DNA of 51,402 bases from Chromera velia. Lineage: Eukaryota. The notes under the pieces were generated by a model. That model saw only the letters and a list, made by a program, of their open reading frames with translations, searched no databases and was not told the DNA's origin. Of the stretch, positions 24,788-36,344 are shown piece by piece. Where the stretch lies: positions 1 to 51,402 of the forward strand of contig JAHBMJ010000280.1 in the NCBI GenBank assembly GCA_018398765.1, written 5' to 3'. Each line of letters begins with the position of its first letter. Within the stretch, counting starts at the first letter, position 1. A program made the position numbers and the translations under genes.

Positions 24788-25404
24788 CTTAGAGGTTAAA
24801 GATATATATATTGAGTTAAAAAAAAAGTTCTTGTAAACAACTGTAAGTATTTTAAAAAAACTTGTTGGGGTTTTAGAAGCTCAAAACCGGTCTTAAATTG
24901 TTTTAGCCTCTTTTAGTTTTTGCAGGGGGGGTATTTTTGTAAATAAATTTTATTTAAAGAGTTTTTCATTTTTTTTTTTTAAGTTTTTTTTTTTTTAATG
25001 GCCTACGCCTAGGGATAAGTGCACTGCTGAATCCATCCATCTCTTCCCCTTCGTCTGCATGGCCTCGCGTGCCCCTGATGCATGCTGTTACTACTAATTT
25101 GGGCCGTACGTAGGCATCATGCAGTGCATTAATTAGTGAGCATATAATAAAACTTAGAGTAAATCAAATTTAACTAGAAATTTAATTTTTTAAAAAAGAT
25201 AATATGCTAGAGATAGGGTTAATTAATGATAATTGTATATAACACGTATAGCTAGACCTATCGAATGACGCGCTAGATGGCGCCTCAATCTAGGCGTCAG
25301 TATATAAGCACCGTAACAATTAAACGCTAGCCGTGTTTAGCAAACAGTTTGAGTATGTCATTCAAAATTGTTTATCGAAATCGTTCAAAATATCGAATGT
25401 CTTA

Positions 25405-27705
25405 CTACAATTTCCTTCCGATGAAGTAGAACCCTTCTGTCCTGTGCAGAGGTGCTCGACACCTGCCAAGACCTCTCAAGATATTGGGGATCGAATACCG
25501 TCTGACAAATATTGGTTCAAAAAAGGAGAAGAACCTTTCATACACCGCTCGGAAAGGGCGGATGGGGTGTAGTCTGGAATCCAGATCCGACCAGTAGTCA
25601 GGTGGCATGTCGTCGTAGTATCTGTCGTTGAAGATCAAAATGCCCCCTGGGCGAAGGGACCTGTACAGATTCTCCAACAGGGCGTAACCGTTTTGGACGT
25701 GCTCAATCACATTGATCAGCACAACGGTGTCAAAGCTTTCACGAGCATTCACCAGATGCTCACCCCCTGCATTCACCACTGTGACAGGAAAAGGGAAGAA
25801 ATTCGAGTCATCACCCGACCCCCCCTGTCTCCTTCCCTTTGTCCCTGCCCCTCCCTGCTGCTGCTCATCAGGATCGTGTACTGGTATTGCGGTTGCATTC
25901 CTTTGACGGGAGGGCATTCTCTCAAGCCGTCCGGTCCGATAAGCACACGTCGGCACATCCCGTGCGTACACAAGCGCGCTGGGGTCAACTAAAGTCGCGC
26001 TGCGCACCCCCCCCGTCAATTCACTCCGTGCTTCTAAGAGCACTCTCAGCTGGGTCCACGGCCCACAGCCCACCTCTGCATAGTCCCCCAACACCGTCGG
26101 AAGGTCTCTGTAATTGTCAAATCCCCACAAATGATCCTCCCCCCTATCGTCCAAATCCGTGTCCGGAGCCTGTCTCCACACCTCCCCCTCTTCATCCTGA
26201 GCACGTCTCCACCTGCTGGGAGGCACCGCCATCCGTCCCCACAGCGGGTGCTGGAGGCAGGCGTCACTCGAACCGTGGCAGGGACCGTGGAAGGATTCAA
26301 GGGAGGGATGCTCACATGCAGGCCCTCCAAAGCCAGGCAGGCAGTGGCACTTTCCTAGAAAACACACACCCTCCTGACAATCAGGATCACATCGCAGGAG
26401 GGCATCTGCGCCCCCCTCCTCTCCCCTCAACGTGACAACACTGCTTGCTGCACCTTTTGCCTGCTGTCTCAAAACACTCACTGGGCCCTCTACGGGAGCA
26501 CCTTCCCTTCTGAAAAGCTCTGCAGAAAGAGTCCATTCAATCTGTTTCTCCTCCCCCTCCGCCCCTTTCACCATGACTGATTCACTCTCTTCAAGCTGCC
26601 CTCCTGCGTCGACCGTGGCTTCTTCCACCCCTCCCCAGTTGGACCCTCTCACTGTGCCCCGCCCACCCTGTGCTTCCCCCCCCTCTATTGCCTGGCCGTC
26701 AGTATGACTGGAAGAATTTAATTTGGACGGTCGGAACACTTCGAGGGTGCGATGTGCGAGCACGCCATCGGGAGGAAAGAATTCATACGCACCGGCTGAG
26801 TGGAATTGGGGGCAGAGACCCGACCGCTCTGCATCCCCCAGCAACGATGAGGAAGCTGGAAGAGAGAGGGGGTGGGCCCTCATCATCCGAGCAACTAGGA
26901 AGGACAGAAGAGTATCCTGCGCAGTGCCACCCGGCGGATGGGATTTTTCATCGCCCCTTCCCTCTTCTTCCCTGCCGGCAACACAAAGAGGGTCGAGGGC
27001 ACAAGCTGCCAAGGGGGTCAGAATGCTCTCCACAATTTCGGGCTGCCGTACGTCGAGAGCCAGAATGTCCCCAGAGACCAATTGGAATTGGTTTTCTTCT
27101 TCAATCCCCAAACCCACAAACCCCGAAGAGAGACCTCGGGAATGGAGCCATTGCACAACCCGTGTGCGAACCTTCTCTTGCTTTTCAGGCTCGGGTCGGC
27201 TGCTTCTCGCGGCAGCGTATGCCGAGAAGCCTGTACTGGAGACATGCTGAATCAGTGCGGAGACAGGCTCACTGCTGAGGAGACGGACTCCCGCATCCAA
27301 AAACCACACGACCTCTGCCTCCTTCAGAAGTGAGAGGAGGACGAGAGGCACCCACGCCCTCAAGGAGACGTCACGAACGTGGGGAGGGAAAGACGCAAAA
27401 TCAAATCGGCTGCATGAGGTCTGCTCGTCCATCCAAATGCAGGGCGAGCTGTCGAGGACAATAAATTTGACGGGCACTTTCTTTTCAAAGAGGCGAAGAG
27501 AGACGAAGAACTCTTCTGCCGACCTCAGGTCCTGTTGAGAGTACCCGGATACAACCAGAAAGGGCACTCGCTGTGCTTGCCTCTCTTCAGCCTGTTGAGC
27601 CTCACAAATGTCCCGCCCAGTTTCGGTGCGGCTACAGGTGAGCCCGGACGCCTGCAACAAAAGATTCCACAGAGTGGAAACAAACAACACCAAGTGTGAC
27701 CGCAT
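25405..27705 (-). CDS. Secretory-pathway fusion: DUF1647-like GT-A domain, EGF-like domain, class I SAM methyltransferase
   Basis: Intronless ORF, ATG 27705 (MRSHLVLFVSTLWNLLLQASG signal). RFDFASFPPHV, AWVPLVL, WFLDAG, CALDPLCVA (DUF1647-like); CDPDCQEGVCFLGKCHCLPGFGGPAC (EGF-like); YAEVGCGPWTQ, FDTVVLINVIEHV, LRPGGILIF (methyltransferase). Confidence 0.75.
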   Translation of the reverse strand: MRSHLVLFVSTLWNLLLQASGLTCSRTETGRDICEAQQAEERQAQRVPFLVVSGYSQQDLRSAEEFFVSLRLFEKKVPVKFIVLDSSPCIWMDEQTSCSRFDFASFPPHVRDVSLRAWVPLVLLSLLKEAEVVWFLDAGVRLLSSEPVSALIQHVSSTGFSAYAAARSSRPEPEKQEKVRTRVVQWLHSRGLSSGFVGLGIEEENQFQLVSGDILALDVRQPEIVESILTPLAACALDPLCVAGREEEGRGDEKSHPPGGTAQDTLLSFLVARMMRAHPLSLPASSSLLGDAERSGLCPQFHSAGAYEFFPPDGVLAHRTLEVFRPSKLNSSSHTDGQAIEGGEAQGGRGTVRGSNWGGVEEATVDAGGQLEESESVMVKGAEGEEKQIEWTLSAELFRREGAPVEGPVSVLRQQAKGAASSVVTLRGEEGGADALLRCDPDCQEGVCFLGKCHCLPGFGGPACEHPSLESFHGPCHGSSDACLQHPLWGRMAVPPSRWRRAQDEEGEVWRQAPDTDLDDRGEDHLWGFDNYRDLPTVLGDYAEVGCGPWTQLRVLLEARSELTGGVRSATLVDPSALVYARDVPTCAYRTGRLERMPSRQRNATAIPVHDPDEQQQGGAGTKGRRQGGSGDDSNFFPFPVTVVNAGGEHLVNARESFDTVVLINVIEHVQNGYALLENLYRSLRPGGILIFNDRYYDDMPPDYWSDLDSRLHPIRPFRAVYERFFSFFEPIFVRRYSIPNILRGLGRCRAPLHRTEGFYFIGRKL

Positions 27706-28736
27706 CCTTCCAGTATGCAGCCCCAGACCCTCCAAATCTCAACGATGCCCGCTCAGACAAATTAGTAAGGGGTAAAGCTTTTCGGCAACAGACGTAACAG
27801 CGAAGGCTTCCTGATGCAGCCTACACCTCAGACCATCTCAGACATTCTCAGACCCGTCTACGAAAACGCAATTTTAATGCAAGGAGACGATAGGAGACGT
27901 CCTCTAGAAGATACAAGTCAGTTCGCGCGCCTTGCGCGCGAAAGTAAGTCTGGCAGAGCGCCGGGATCGGCTCAGTGGCAGTGCATAATAGTGCACGCTA
28001 CAGCGTTTCGTTGCCGCAAATCTTCTCTGTTCAATTCACAGCAGGAGGGGAACCAGAGGGCCTTTCCAGCCTGAGTGCCTTCTCGGTAGGGAGGTCGCAG
28101 CGTTCTCCGGGTCTTTCGACTCGGAGGGCGCAAACTAAGCAATCCTTTTGTGATTGATTCTTTATATACAAATAAGAAGGAAAAAAAAAAAAGAAAAGGG
28201 GGCAAGCGCATGAAAGGAAAGGAAGAAAAGAAGGTTGAGAAAATAAGGGGCAAATTAATGGGGAGGGTCTCTTTAAAGTTGTTCCCCGCCGTCAAAGGGT
28301 AGCCTTTGCCAAGGGGACAAACTTTTAGAAAGTTTTTGCTCTGCCTCTCCCCTCTTTTCATTGTTCTCCAAGTCCTACTCTACCGCTGCTTAAGAAATAA
28401 GCCGCAGTAAAAGTGATCAATGAGCAGTGTTCCTAGATTCAGAACAGACGGAACAAACCGGAACCTTTTGACAGACTAGGCTAGATCCGCCCCTCATACA
28501 CGGGGACGTGGCATGCATAACAAAAACCTCAATCACGTGCATAAGCAATACTCAGCAATTTCGGCTCCTTTACTGATTAAAAATAATTAAAAAATACTAT
28601 AGTAAAAGTTAGTAAAAGTGCAACGTTGTTTCCTGAAAAACTCATACTGCAGCCTTAAGCTTGCTGCAGCCTGCTGCCTGTATGATGGAAAATCTTGCGG
28701 AAAATTCTGAATAAATTAGAAAAAAATATATAAAAA

Positions 28737-28982
28737 AACCTCCGTGACACTTCAGTAAACTTGAAATGCCACGCTATAGGTGCGGCCAGACTTGAAACGC
28801 CTGCGCCGCAGGTGTGGCTTAAGTTGAAGGTAGCGCACCAAAGGTGCGGCCAAAATAAAGTACATTTGAAATGACTTGAAATTTTTTTGTGAAAGGCGCA
28901 GACAGTCTTGAAGGAACTGCGCCGTAGGCGTGGCCAGCATTGAAAAATCTATTTCTAGACAGACTGGAGTGTCAGGGGGGTT
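28737..28982. mobile_element. MITE family B (8-bp TSD), related to family A
   Basis: TIRs aacctccgtgacacttcagt / actggagtgtcaggggggtt; identical flanks tataaaaa at 28729-28736 and 28983-28990. Confidence 0.8.
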
Positions 28983-29148
28983 TATAAAAAAAAAATTTAA
29001 AAAATAGAAAAATGAAATTTAAACTGAGACACCCATCTTCAAAATTGTTGATAAAACATTTCACAACAGTCACCTCTTTTACTTCACCTATTTCAAGTTA
29101 GCTTCACCACTAATCGATCGGTGAAAGACTAGTTTATACTAATTTACT

Positions 29149-29393
29149 AACCTCCCTGAACCTAAGTGCTATTTGAAAAAATATTATCAAGATGCTCTCT
29201 ATCTGCGGCATCATTTTTCAAGAGACAGTCTACGCGTCACGCGTGCGGCGTAGACGGTCAAGACACTGTCTAGATATGCGGCTTTAGCTTTCAAGATACT
29301 GTAAATCATCCGCGCCTCAGTGCGGCGCGGACTTTCAAGCTTATCCAAAAATACGGCTTGAACTTTCAAGTGGTACTTAGGTTCAAGGAGGTC
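29149..29393. mobile_element. MITE family A, copy 2 (inverted relative to copy 1)
   Basis: TIRs aacctccctgaacctaagtgctatttgaaa / tttcaagtggtacttaggttcaaggaggtc; flanks aatttact (29141-29148) and gatttact (29394-29401). Confidence 0.85.
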
Positions 29394-29968
29394 GATTTAC
29401 TGACAGATCGACCAAATTAATAGAAATTGATATAAAATTTGATGTAACTCTTATCGGTCACAGTAGCGTCACAAGTTTACTGGTAACGCATGATCGGTCG
29501 GCAAGATCTAGACAAGATCTACACTGGCACGCTGCCGCCAATCTAATCAACCTTTAATCCACTTAAATTCAGGTTTTAGTTTGATAGCGTGAGGCTGAGT
29601 GAGCAACCCATACAATTTTTGTCGTTTTTCGATCGACACAGAAAATGAAATATCATTTGTTTAAAATTCGATCATGCAGGCAGCAACATGAAAAAAACTT
29701 TAAGCGCGATCGGTCGGTAACATCTACATAAGGTCGCTAATCTAGTCAAGCTTGAATCAATGCTTATCAATGCTGCACGCAACGCTCCTTTTCAGCGTGA
29801 CATTGTAAGCAGCGCAACTCTGGTCTTCTCTTCATCTGTGACTCTTCATACAAGTGAACAAAATTCAGCCAAGAGAATGACGCCAGATCACAAGGTTTAC
29901 TTGGCTGAGAACCCGGGTCCCTTCCTCTCGATTTTCTTTCAATTCCGTTTCCTCATCTCGTTCCTTCC

Positions 29969-32900
29969 TCATTCCTTGGCATGCATGCGTTTGAATTCGT
30001 CAGAATGACATGGCAGTCGCCTCCATGCAGTCACTCGAGCATGAATCTCGTAAGGGTCGTTGTGCGCGCAAACCCCTTGGTCTGTAACAAACCAGTGCCC
30101 AAAGGTCCTTGCCCGCAGTTCCTTCGCCATTCCACTCTCCAAATAATTGTTCTGGATGACTACTGGAGGTGGCGTGTCCCTACACCTCATTTCGGGCCGA
30201 TCATACCAGAGCCCGGAAGGATACAATGCCGGGGGCAGCTGTAACACCCTCAGCCTGTTGCTGTCCACATACGCAGAGAAGTACGCAGCCTCGTTTCCGA
30301 GGTGCGCAATGGCCCTGGGCCCCTTTCCCTTCCCGTCCGTCCCCTCTTTGAGCAACTTCAATCTGAGGTCCAGGTCATGAAGCGCCCTTCCTCTGACCCA
30401 CGCGTACATTCTCTCGACTGCTGGAGACGGCCGAATCACTGCACGCTTGCATGCACGAGTGCGCCAACAACAAACATGCGGAGAGAAAAAGAATTAAAGA
30501 CGTTCAGTCTCCATCAAAGAAAGTCGAGGCACACCGGCCGTGTGCAGGCAGGAAGGCGACAGACAGCCGTCGTTGATTCTCAGAGAAAGAAAGAATCTTT
30601 GGAAGGCGGCGGCAAAAAAAAGATAATCATGACTCATGCAGCCATACTAGAATGGAAGGAACGCAAGCGGCCATGCAGGTAGGGAGGGAGGCACTCGGGC
30701 ATGCAACAGGCATCCATTCCTGCATGATCCCACAGAAATACGGGTGCGTTAGTCAGATGGCTAGAAATCAGTTCACGCATGCAGCAGCTCCTTCCCACCC
30801 CCCCCCAAGATTAAAAAAATGCCAACCAAAACGACAAGAGAGGTATGAGATTTGCGTTGCTGCATCCATGCCAACTGCCTTGCAATCATTGGCGCAAGAA
30901 AAAATATCACCACGGACACAAGCACACCTTCAGCAAATCCAAAAAGTGACGTGCAACAGAAAACCTCAACGAGGCTGTTTGTTTCGGACAACACAAGAGC
31001 GTCAGAAAAGACCAATGCCACTCCCATGCATCAACCCATCAACGCACCCACCCGCATGAAATCCAGGAGCGTACCACCCCTTTTCAGGATCCACAGAGGC
31101 GGCGATGTCCCATTCCTCCCCTCCCTTTTTCGCTTCTGCGAGCTCGGTGAGAAAATTACGGGCCCACACAGCATCGCTTTCAGCGAAAAGGAACGGAATC
31201 TGTGCCTTGACCAGCCTCTGCAACAACCATAGTCTCTCTGCCATCAATCCAAAAAATCCGACATCTCCGTACGTCAAAGACCCCCCCCCTTCCTTGGAGG
31301 AGGCACCGCCAGATACCCCCACCCCCCTGGTCCACACCGCGTTTTCAGGTTGCCACAACACCTTGTGAATTTTTCCCGGCACTGAGGGAAAATTGGAAAA
31401 AGACTCGGCGTCTAGAGCCACAAACAAAGTGGATTCCAGCGCTCCCCCTAATTTCTCTAGGTTGCACAGGAACGAAAAAGTCAACCAAAGAAAGTTGCTG
31501 TCAAACAAGACGATGTTGACAAAACCCGATCTAGAAGTTTGCAAAACTTTCGAGGCAGCAGCAACGGCGGTATCGGCAGGGTCCTTCTCTCTCTCTCCTC
31601 CCACACCCTCAACTGTACTCTTCCCATCGCCCCCCCCGCACTGACACCCTTCTGATGGTGCCTCCTTCGCTGACCCGGCGGTCGCGGCGGAACACGTAGA
31701 AGGAGGGGAAGAGCAGGAGCCTCCCCCTTTCTCCCCCCCCCTGTTTTCTGCTTCTGCTTGAGCTGACGTTGGGGAAAAGAAACCTTTTTCGCTTTCCGGG
31801 GGCATCTCATCAACAGAGGGGACCTGGAGGTCCCAAGACTTTCGGAACCTTTCTCTTTTTTTCTGTTTCTTCTTCTCCACCCACTCTGCCTCCCTCTGTA
31901 GCTCCTCGGAAGACACTGCAGGGAGAGGAAGCAGTCGGCCCGCAAAACAGATGGAGGACCCCCTCCCACTTTCGGACCGATGTTCTATCTCCCCACCCTC
32001 TGATTTTTCTTTTGACTGTCCGTCAATGAGGAAGTGTTGTTCTATGGACTGAAATTTAGAGAGAAATCGGAGCAGCAACGTAAGAGATGCTTGGACCGGG
32101 AAAGACGTTAAAGCTTCTCCTGTTAAAGGCGAAGGGTGGGCTTTGTGGTCATACCACCTCTCACAGAGGACCAGAAGGCCCCCTGCCCTCAGACCTCTGA
32201 CTATGGAGCGGAGAGTCTCCATGCCTTCTGCAAACACAAACGACAGAGCCCCGAGGAGTAAGACAGAGTCGTGTGACTCGGGAACAATGTCTGAGGGAGA
32301 CGACAGAAACGATGTGTCGTAACCAAGCACTGTACTGTTAGTCACGGCATAGGGGTATTGTCCTCCCTCTATCTGTTGCGCAACCTCCATCAGTCTGGGT
32401 CTGTCTGCGTTGACTACTGTAACCGACTTCACGGAGGGCAGATCCGCAACACCCCCCAGCAGGGCGGAGAACTGCACCGACGGACCCGAAGATATTTCCA
32501 ACACATCTCCCCAATGCATGCCCCAGGGAGATGTCCAGTCGGTTTTCACGCAGTTCACCAAATTCTCCCTTTGTCTGTCCCCCTCACTCTGCCCTCCCCC
32601 CCCCTGGAGGAGACGGGCGAGACGATTCTCCTGCAACACTTGCCAGAAACGGAACGGAAGGCGAATAATGCCAGCCCGCTCGGTCCAGAAGCATGCGAGA
32701 CGGCACTGCATTTCATCCCCGACGCACAGAGACTGCAGCAGCGTCATTTCTTCGAACGAGATCCCCATTGCGTTGGGACAGAGAGGGAGGTGAGGAAACC
32801 AAGGGGTGGGGGGGTCTGTCCACTGTGTGCAGAGTCTACCCGACCTGCCAGGCAGACAGTAACATTCCCCTAGAAAATTTACGCCAAACTCGCCGCACTC

Positions 32901-33074
32901 CAAAGCCGACAGTGCCGACGAGGAAGGTGAAGGTGCTGATTCGAGACCAGACTGAAGGGCTCTGACACCTACATGGAGACAAAGGAGCAGACAGACAGCC
33001 TTCCACATGCTTGAGGAGAACCAACGTCCTGGTTTTCTCCTTTTAACCACCATCTGTACACCAAGCGACGGCAT
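29969..33074 (-). CDS. Fusion: EGF-like domain, degenerate SAM methyltransferase, nucleotide-diphospho-sugar transferase (GT77-like)
   Basis: Exons 33074-31052 and 30438-29969 (GT-AG, join APGFHAVIRPS). Hydrophobic leader, CGEFGVNFLGECYCLPGRSGRLC, DVLEISSGP..LRAGGLLVLCERWYD; then SFLCNL, FVALD, FAESDAVW, LYPSGLWY, VIQNNY..KELRARTFGHWFV typical of Nucleotid_trans. Confidence 0.75.
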
Positions 33075-33940
33075 GGGGAAGACTGCCGGTCGTATTAGTG
33101 GAAAAGATACACGGAGACGGAGTGAGACCGAGTGAGACTGCTTCCACGCCTTTGCTATCTATAATTTGAGATCTCTTATCTCGTGCGTGGTGTGACCCTG
33201 GACGATCAGTGACGGTTCGATTTTCGATCGCTCAGAGCTGTGTGGTCCATCTGACAGGCGAGCTGCGACTCATTTCGACACAGCCACATAAAGCCAGTCT
33301 AGCCACGTCTGATTCTGGTGATCTAGCTCAGGATATTCGATTTGCATTATCCCGGCGCCCCCTCCACCGGGGCCATGCACGGCATGCTCCACAGGAGCAT
33401 CAAGAGTGAGTTGTAAGGGACCGTTTTCAAGGTTCACTAAGTGAGAGATACTGAGAGATAGTAAGAAGGCAAGCCAAAAGTCTCTACTGCGGACACGAGC
33501 TATTGATACTGTCTGACAAACCGATATTCATGGTGGGTCTGGCTGCTGAAAACGCCCGCTCGTAAATCATCAGAAGATCGGCTTTTTCTTCCAGTCCGGA
33601 GACGGCTCGGATTTGCTGACTGCTTCCGTCTGGTTTTTTGCAACGTTGCGGCAATGCCTTGCAAGTACTGCGGTGATTATTCTTGGGATCAGCTCTGCAG
33701 TCAGTCCGAATCTCTGATTGCTTCGTGTGTATACATCTCACAGCTTAATTGTCGGCACCGAGATTCTTTTTATTCTCCACCCTGTCTCCTTTTTTCTCAC
33801 GCCTGCCCCTTCACTCTTCTGTCGCTGTGCTGCAGGGTGACACAGACAGGGCGGCATGTATGGTTTTGCATTCTGCCTTTTCCCGTTTTTTTCTGCGCAG
33901 ACGAATCTCGACGAATCTCCTTTTCTCTCTCCCATTGCAG

Positions 33941-36340
33941 ACAACGCGGAGTGTCAGAGACAGGCCCGAGGACAGGCCGCTTTCTTTGGATCGAGCAGAG
34001 CGTTTCCACAGGCGCACTCCTCAGCCTCGGCTTCGCATGGCACCAGAGACGCGAACGCGAGTGGTGAGTATCTCTCCTTTGATGAGGAAGACCCCTCCTA
34101 CGACGGGGGGGCGTACGGTCGGGCTGCTCAACCGGCACAGGCACAGACCCTTTCCGCAGCTGGAGGGGGAGTGCACGTGAAGGCCCCGAACCCCGAAAAG
34201 AGGCAGCAACTCCTCAGACAGCAGATGACGCAGGCAAACAGGGAGTCTCGCCGACCTCTCACCTCCTCGGGGGGGGGTCCTGGAGCCCTCGGCTGCCGCT
34301 GGGAAGCCTGAGGACGCGCGAGACGCAGCGAGGTCCTCATTTTTGAAGAAGTACGAGGACACCCCGACGTCGTGGTCGGGAGTGAAAAGCCATATGAGGG
34401 CAAAAGAGCAGAAGGAGCGGGAGGAGGAGATGTTGCGCTGGGAGCAGGAGAGAGCAGAAAGGGCCCCTCTGAGTCGAGAAAGGGAGGAGAGGCAGAAGCA
34501 AAAGAGGGGCGCCGTTCTGCGTCAAAGTTGGAGCGCGTGGGAGGAGAGACGCGAGAACAGAGACGAGCGCGGTAACCCCCCTTCTAACCCTAGTTTTTCC
34601 TCGTCTTCTGCCGCAAGACCGGCAGGGAAGGGGGGGGGGGGCTGTCACAGTGGTGAGGAAAATGGGCAGTCGGGTGGACCGGGCACGCATGTAAAAGCGC
34701 CCGAATGCCTGTCGTGTCCGTGTTGTTTTGAGGATGACGGATGCGATCTGTTTGTGCAAAAACGGCCATAGCGTCTGTGGCCAGTGCACAACCCAAGTAG
34801 AGTCTTGTCCGCTTTGCAGAGATGGGTGGATGGTGGAGGCCCGCAACCGAGCTCTGGAGGCTTTAAAAGGGCTTCCGAGCTAAAAAATGTGAAGTGCAGT
34901 TGGGGGGGCTGCCCGTTCTCTTTCCAATCTTGCTGTGCACGAGAGGGGGTGCAGCAACAGAGGGACACAGAAACCAACAGGGAGAGATGGTGCGGGCTCT
35001 CAGAAGAGAGAGAGACGTCTGTGTGGGGGTGAAGAGAGAGAGACGCATGTCAGAAGGCCGTCTCTTCCTTCTCCTCCTGCGGCTGTTACTTCTGGTGGTG
35101 GCTTTGGGCTTCATCTGTTTGCTGTTGCAGAGCAATTGCGAGAGAGTGGAATGGGTAGGGAGGACGCGAGGGCAGCGTTGAGTGCCATGGGAGTTGCGGA
35201 AGTGGACGCAGAGCGCATAGTGAAGGTCTGTACTTCTTTCTGTGTGTGTGCTTGTTTTTGGTTGCTTTGTATTTTTGGAAGTCAGAAAGAGGACACGTGT
35301 TTTTTGCTGACTGGATAAAGCAATTTCGTGTTGTTTCTTGGTTGCGTACGCATATCGAGTCGAATGCGTGAGCAGGTAACACGACAGAACGACAAATTGA
35401 TGGTGCGCGTCGGGAATTAAACAATTGCAAGCCGGGTTGATTCATTGATTGCATGATCAATCGCTTTTGTCCTTCCAGCCGCTTCCTGAATCAGAAGAAT
35501 TTCTTTAGAGAGACACACACGCGGTTCCATGCGTTTCATTTTACTCAAAGTGAATGGCTGGCTGGTTTCTGGCATTCTCTTTGCAGACGTTGCCTCCCTC
35601 GTTCTAACTAGACGGGATTCAGCCGGCCGACGGAAATGTGAGTCCCGAAGTGGAAATTTATTGCCACTTTCACCCTCGAAGGAAGCAACTGCATGAAAGG
35701 GGAAGCGCGCGCGGCTTTTTTTGCTGAAAATTAATTTTTTGTTCACGTATACACTTTTTCCACCGCGCGGCCTTTCGCACATGGTTTTCCTTTGAGTGGA
35801 AGATCGACCCACATCTTCAGCCATCTCCAGCCTCACAGTAGTTCCAAGCAAGTAGCAGAAGACCTCTAATGCAAGCGTAGTACAACCGCAAAGCTGTGCA
35901 TACTTAGTCCCACCTGTGCTGTACAAAACATAAACGTCTTTTCTGTGATCTGCTTTATGCAACTTGATGGACACCGTGGGACGCACCATGAAACGGTGCT
36001 TCTCTGTACCCACAAGCTCTAGCATTTTCTCTGCTGTTGTACATCTGCGTACTAATTCGCAGACCTACTTTTATGAATGAACTCCGACAAGATGTCGCAG
36101 TCCAGGGAAATCAAAAGCAGTTCGGCTGTTGCGAAAGCAGTCTCACCACAGAGACCCAAACACTACAAGTCAGTTCCTCTCAAACTTTCCTGCACTGATC
36201 AGAAACTGTACATTGTACTCGTAGCCTATCTCATCGATGATCTGTGTTTTCTGTACATTTGTGTTGTGCTGCAGGGTGTCAATGTGCCGACTGTTTGCAA
36301 AGGGGACCTGTCCGAATGGGGCTATAGGTTGCGGACGAGC
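33941..36340 (+). pseudogene. Frameshifted SINA/Siah-like RING gene with UBA-like and possible CCCH segments
   Basis: CPCCF in one frame continues as CKNGHSVCGQCTTQVESCPLCR..RNRALE in another (34715-34880); then VKCSWGGCPF; LRESGMGREDARAALSAMG (UBA-like); after an acceptor at 36274, CRLFAKGTCPNGAIGC. The start is not resolved. Confidence 0.6.
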
Positions 36341-36344
36341 TGCA

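Noticed and set aside
28761..28945. CRISPR-like spacing of TTGAAA motifs
   Set aside because: Only 5-6 bp are conserved, the spacers resemble each other, there are no cas genes, and the block is bounded by TIRs and a TSD, so it is a MITE.
24554..29393. Composite transposon carrying the 25405 gene
   Set aside because: Each MITE copy has its own distinct TSD, indicating independent insertions.
35417..36025. 202-aa minus-strand ORF
   Set aside because: No recognisable motifs; lies antisense within the RING pseudogene region, so it cannot be supported as a gene.
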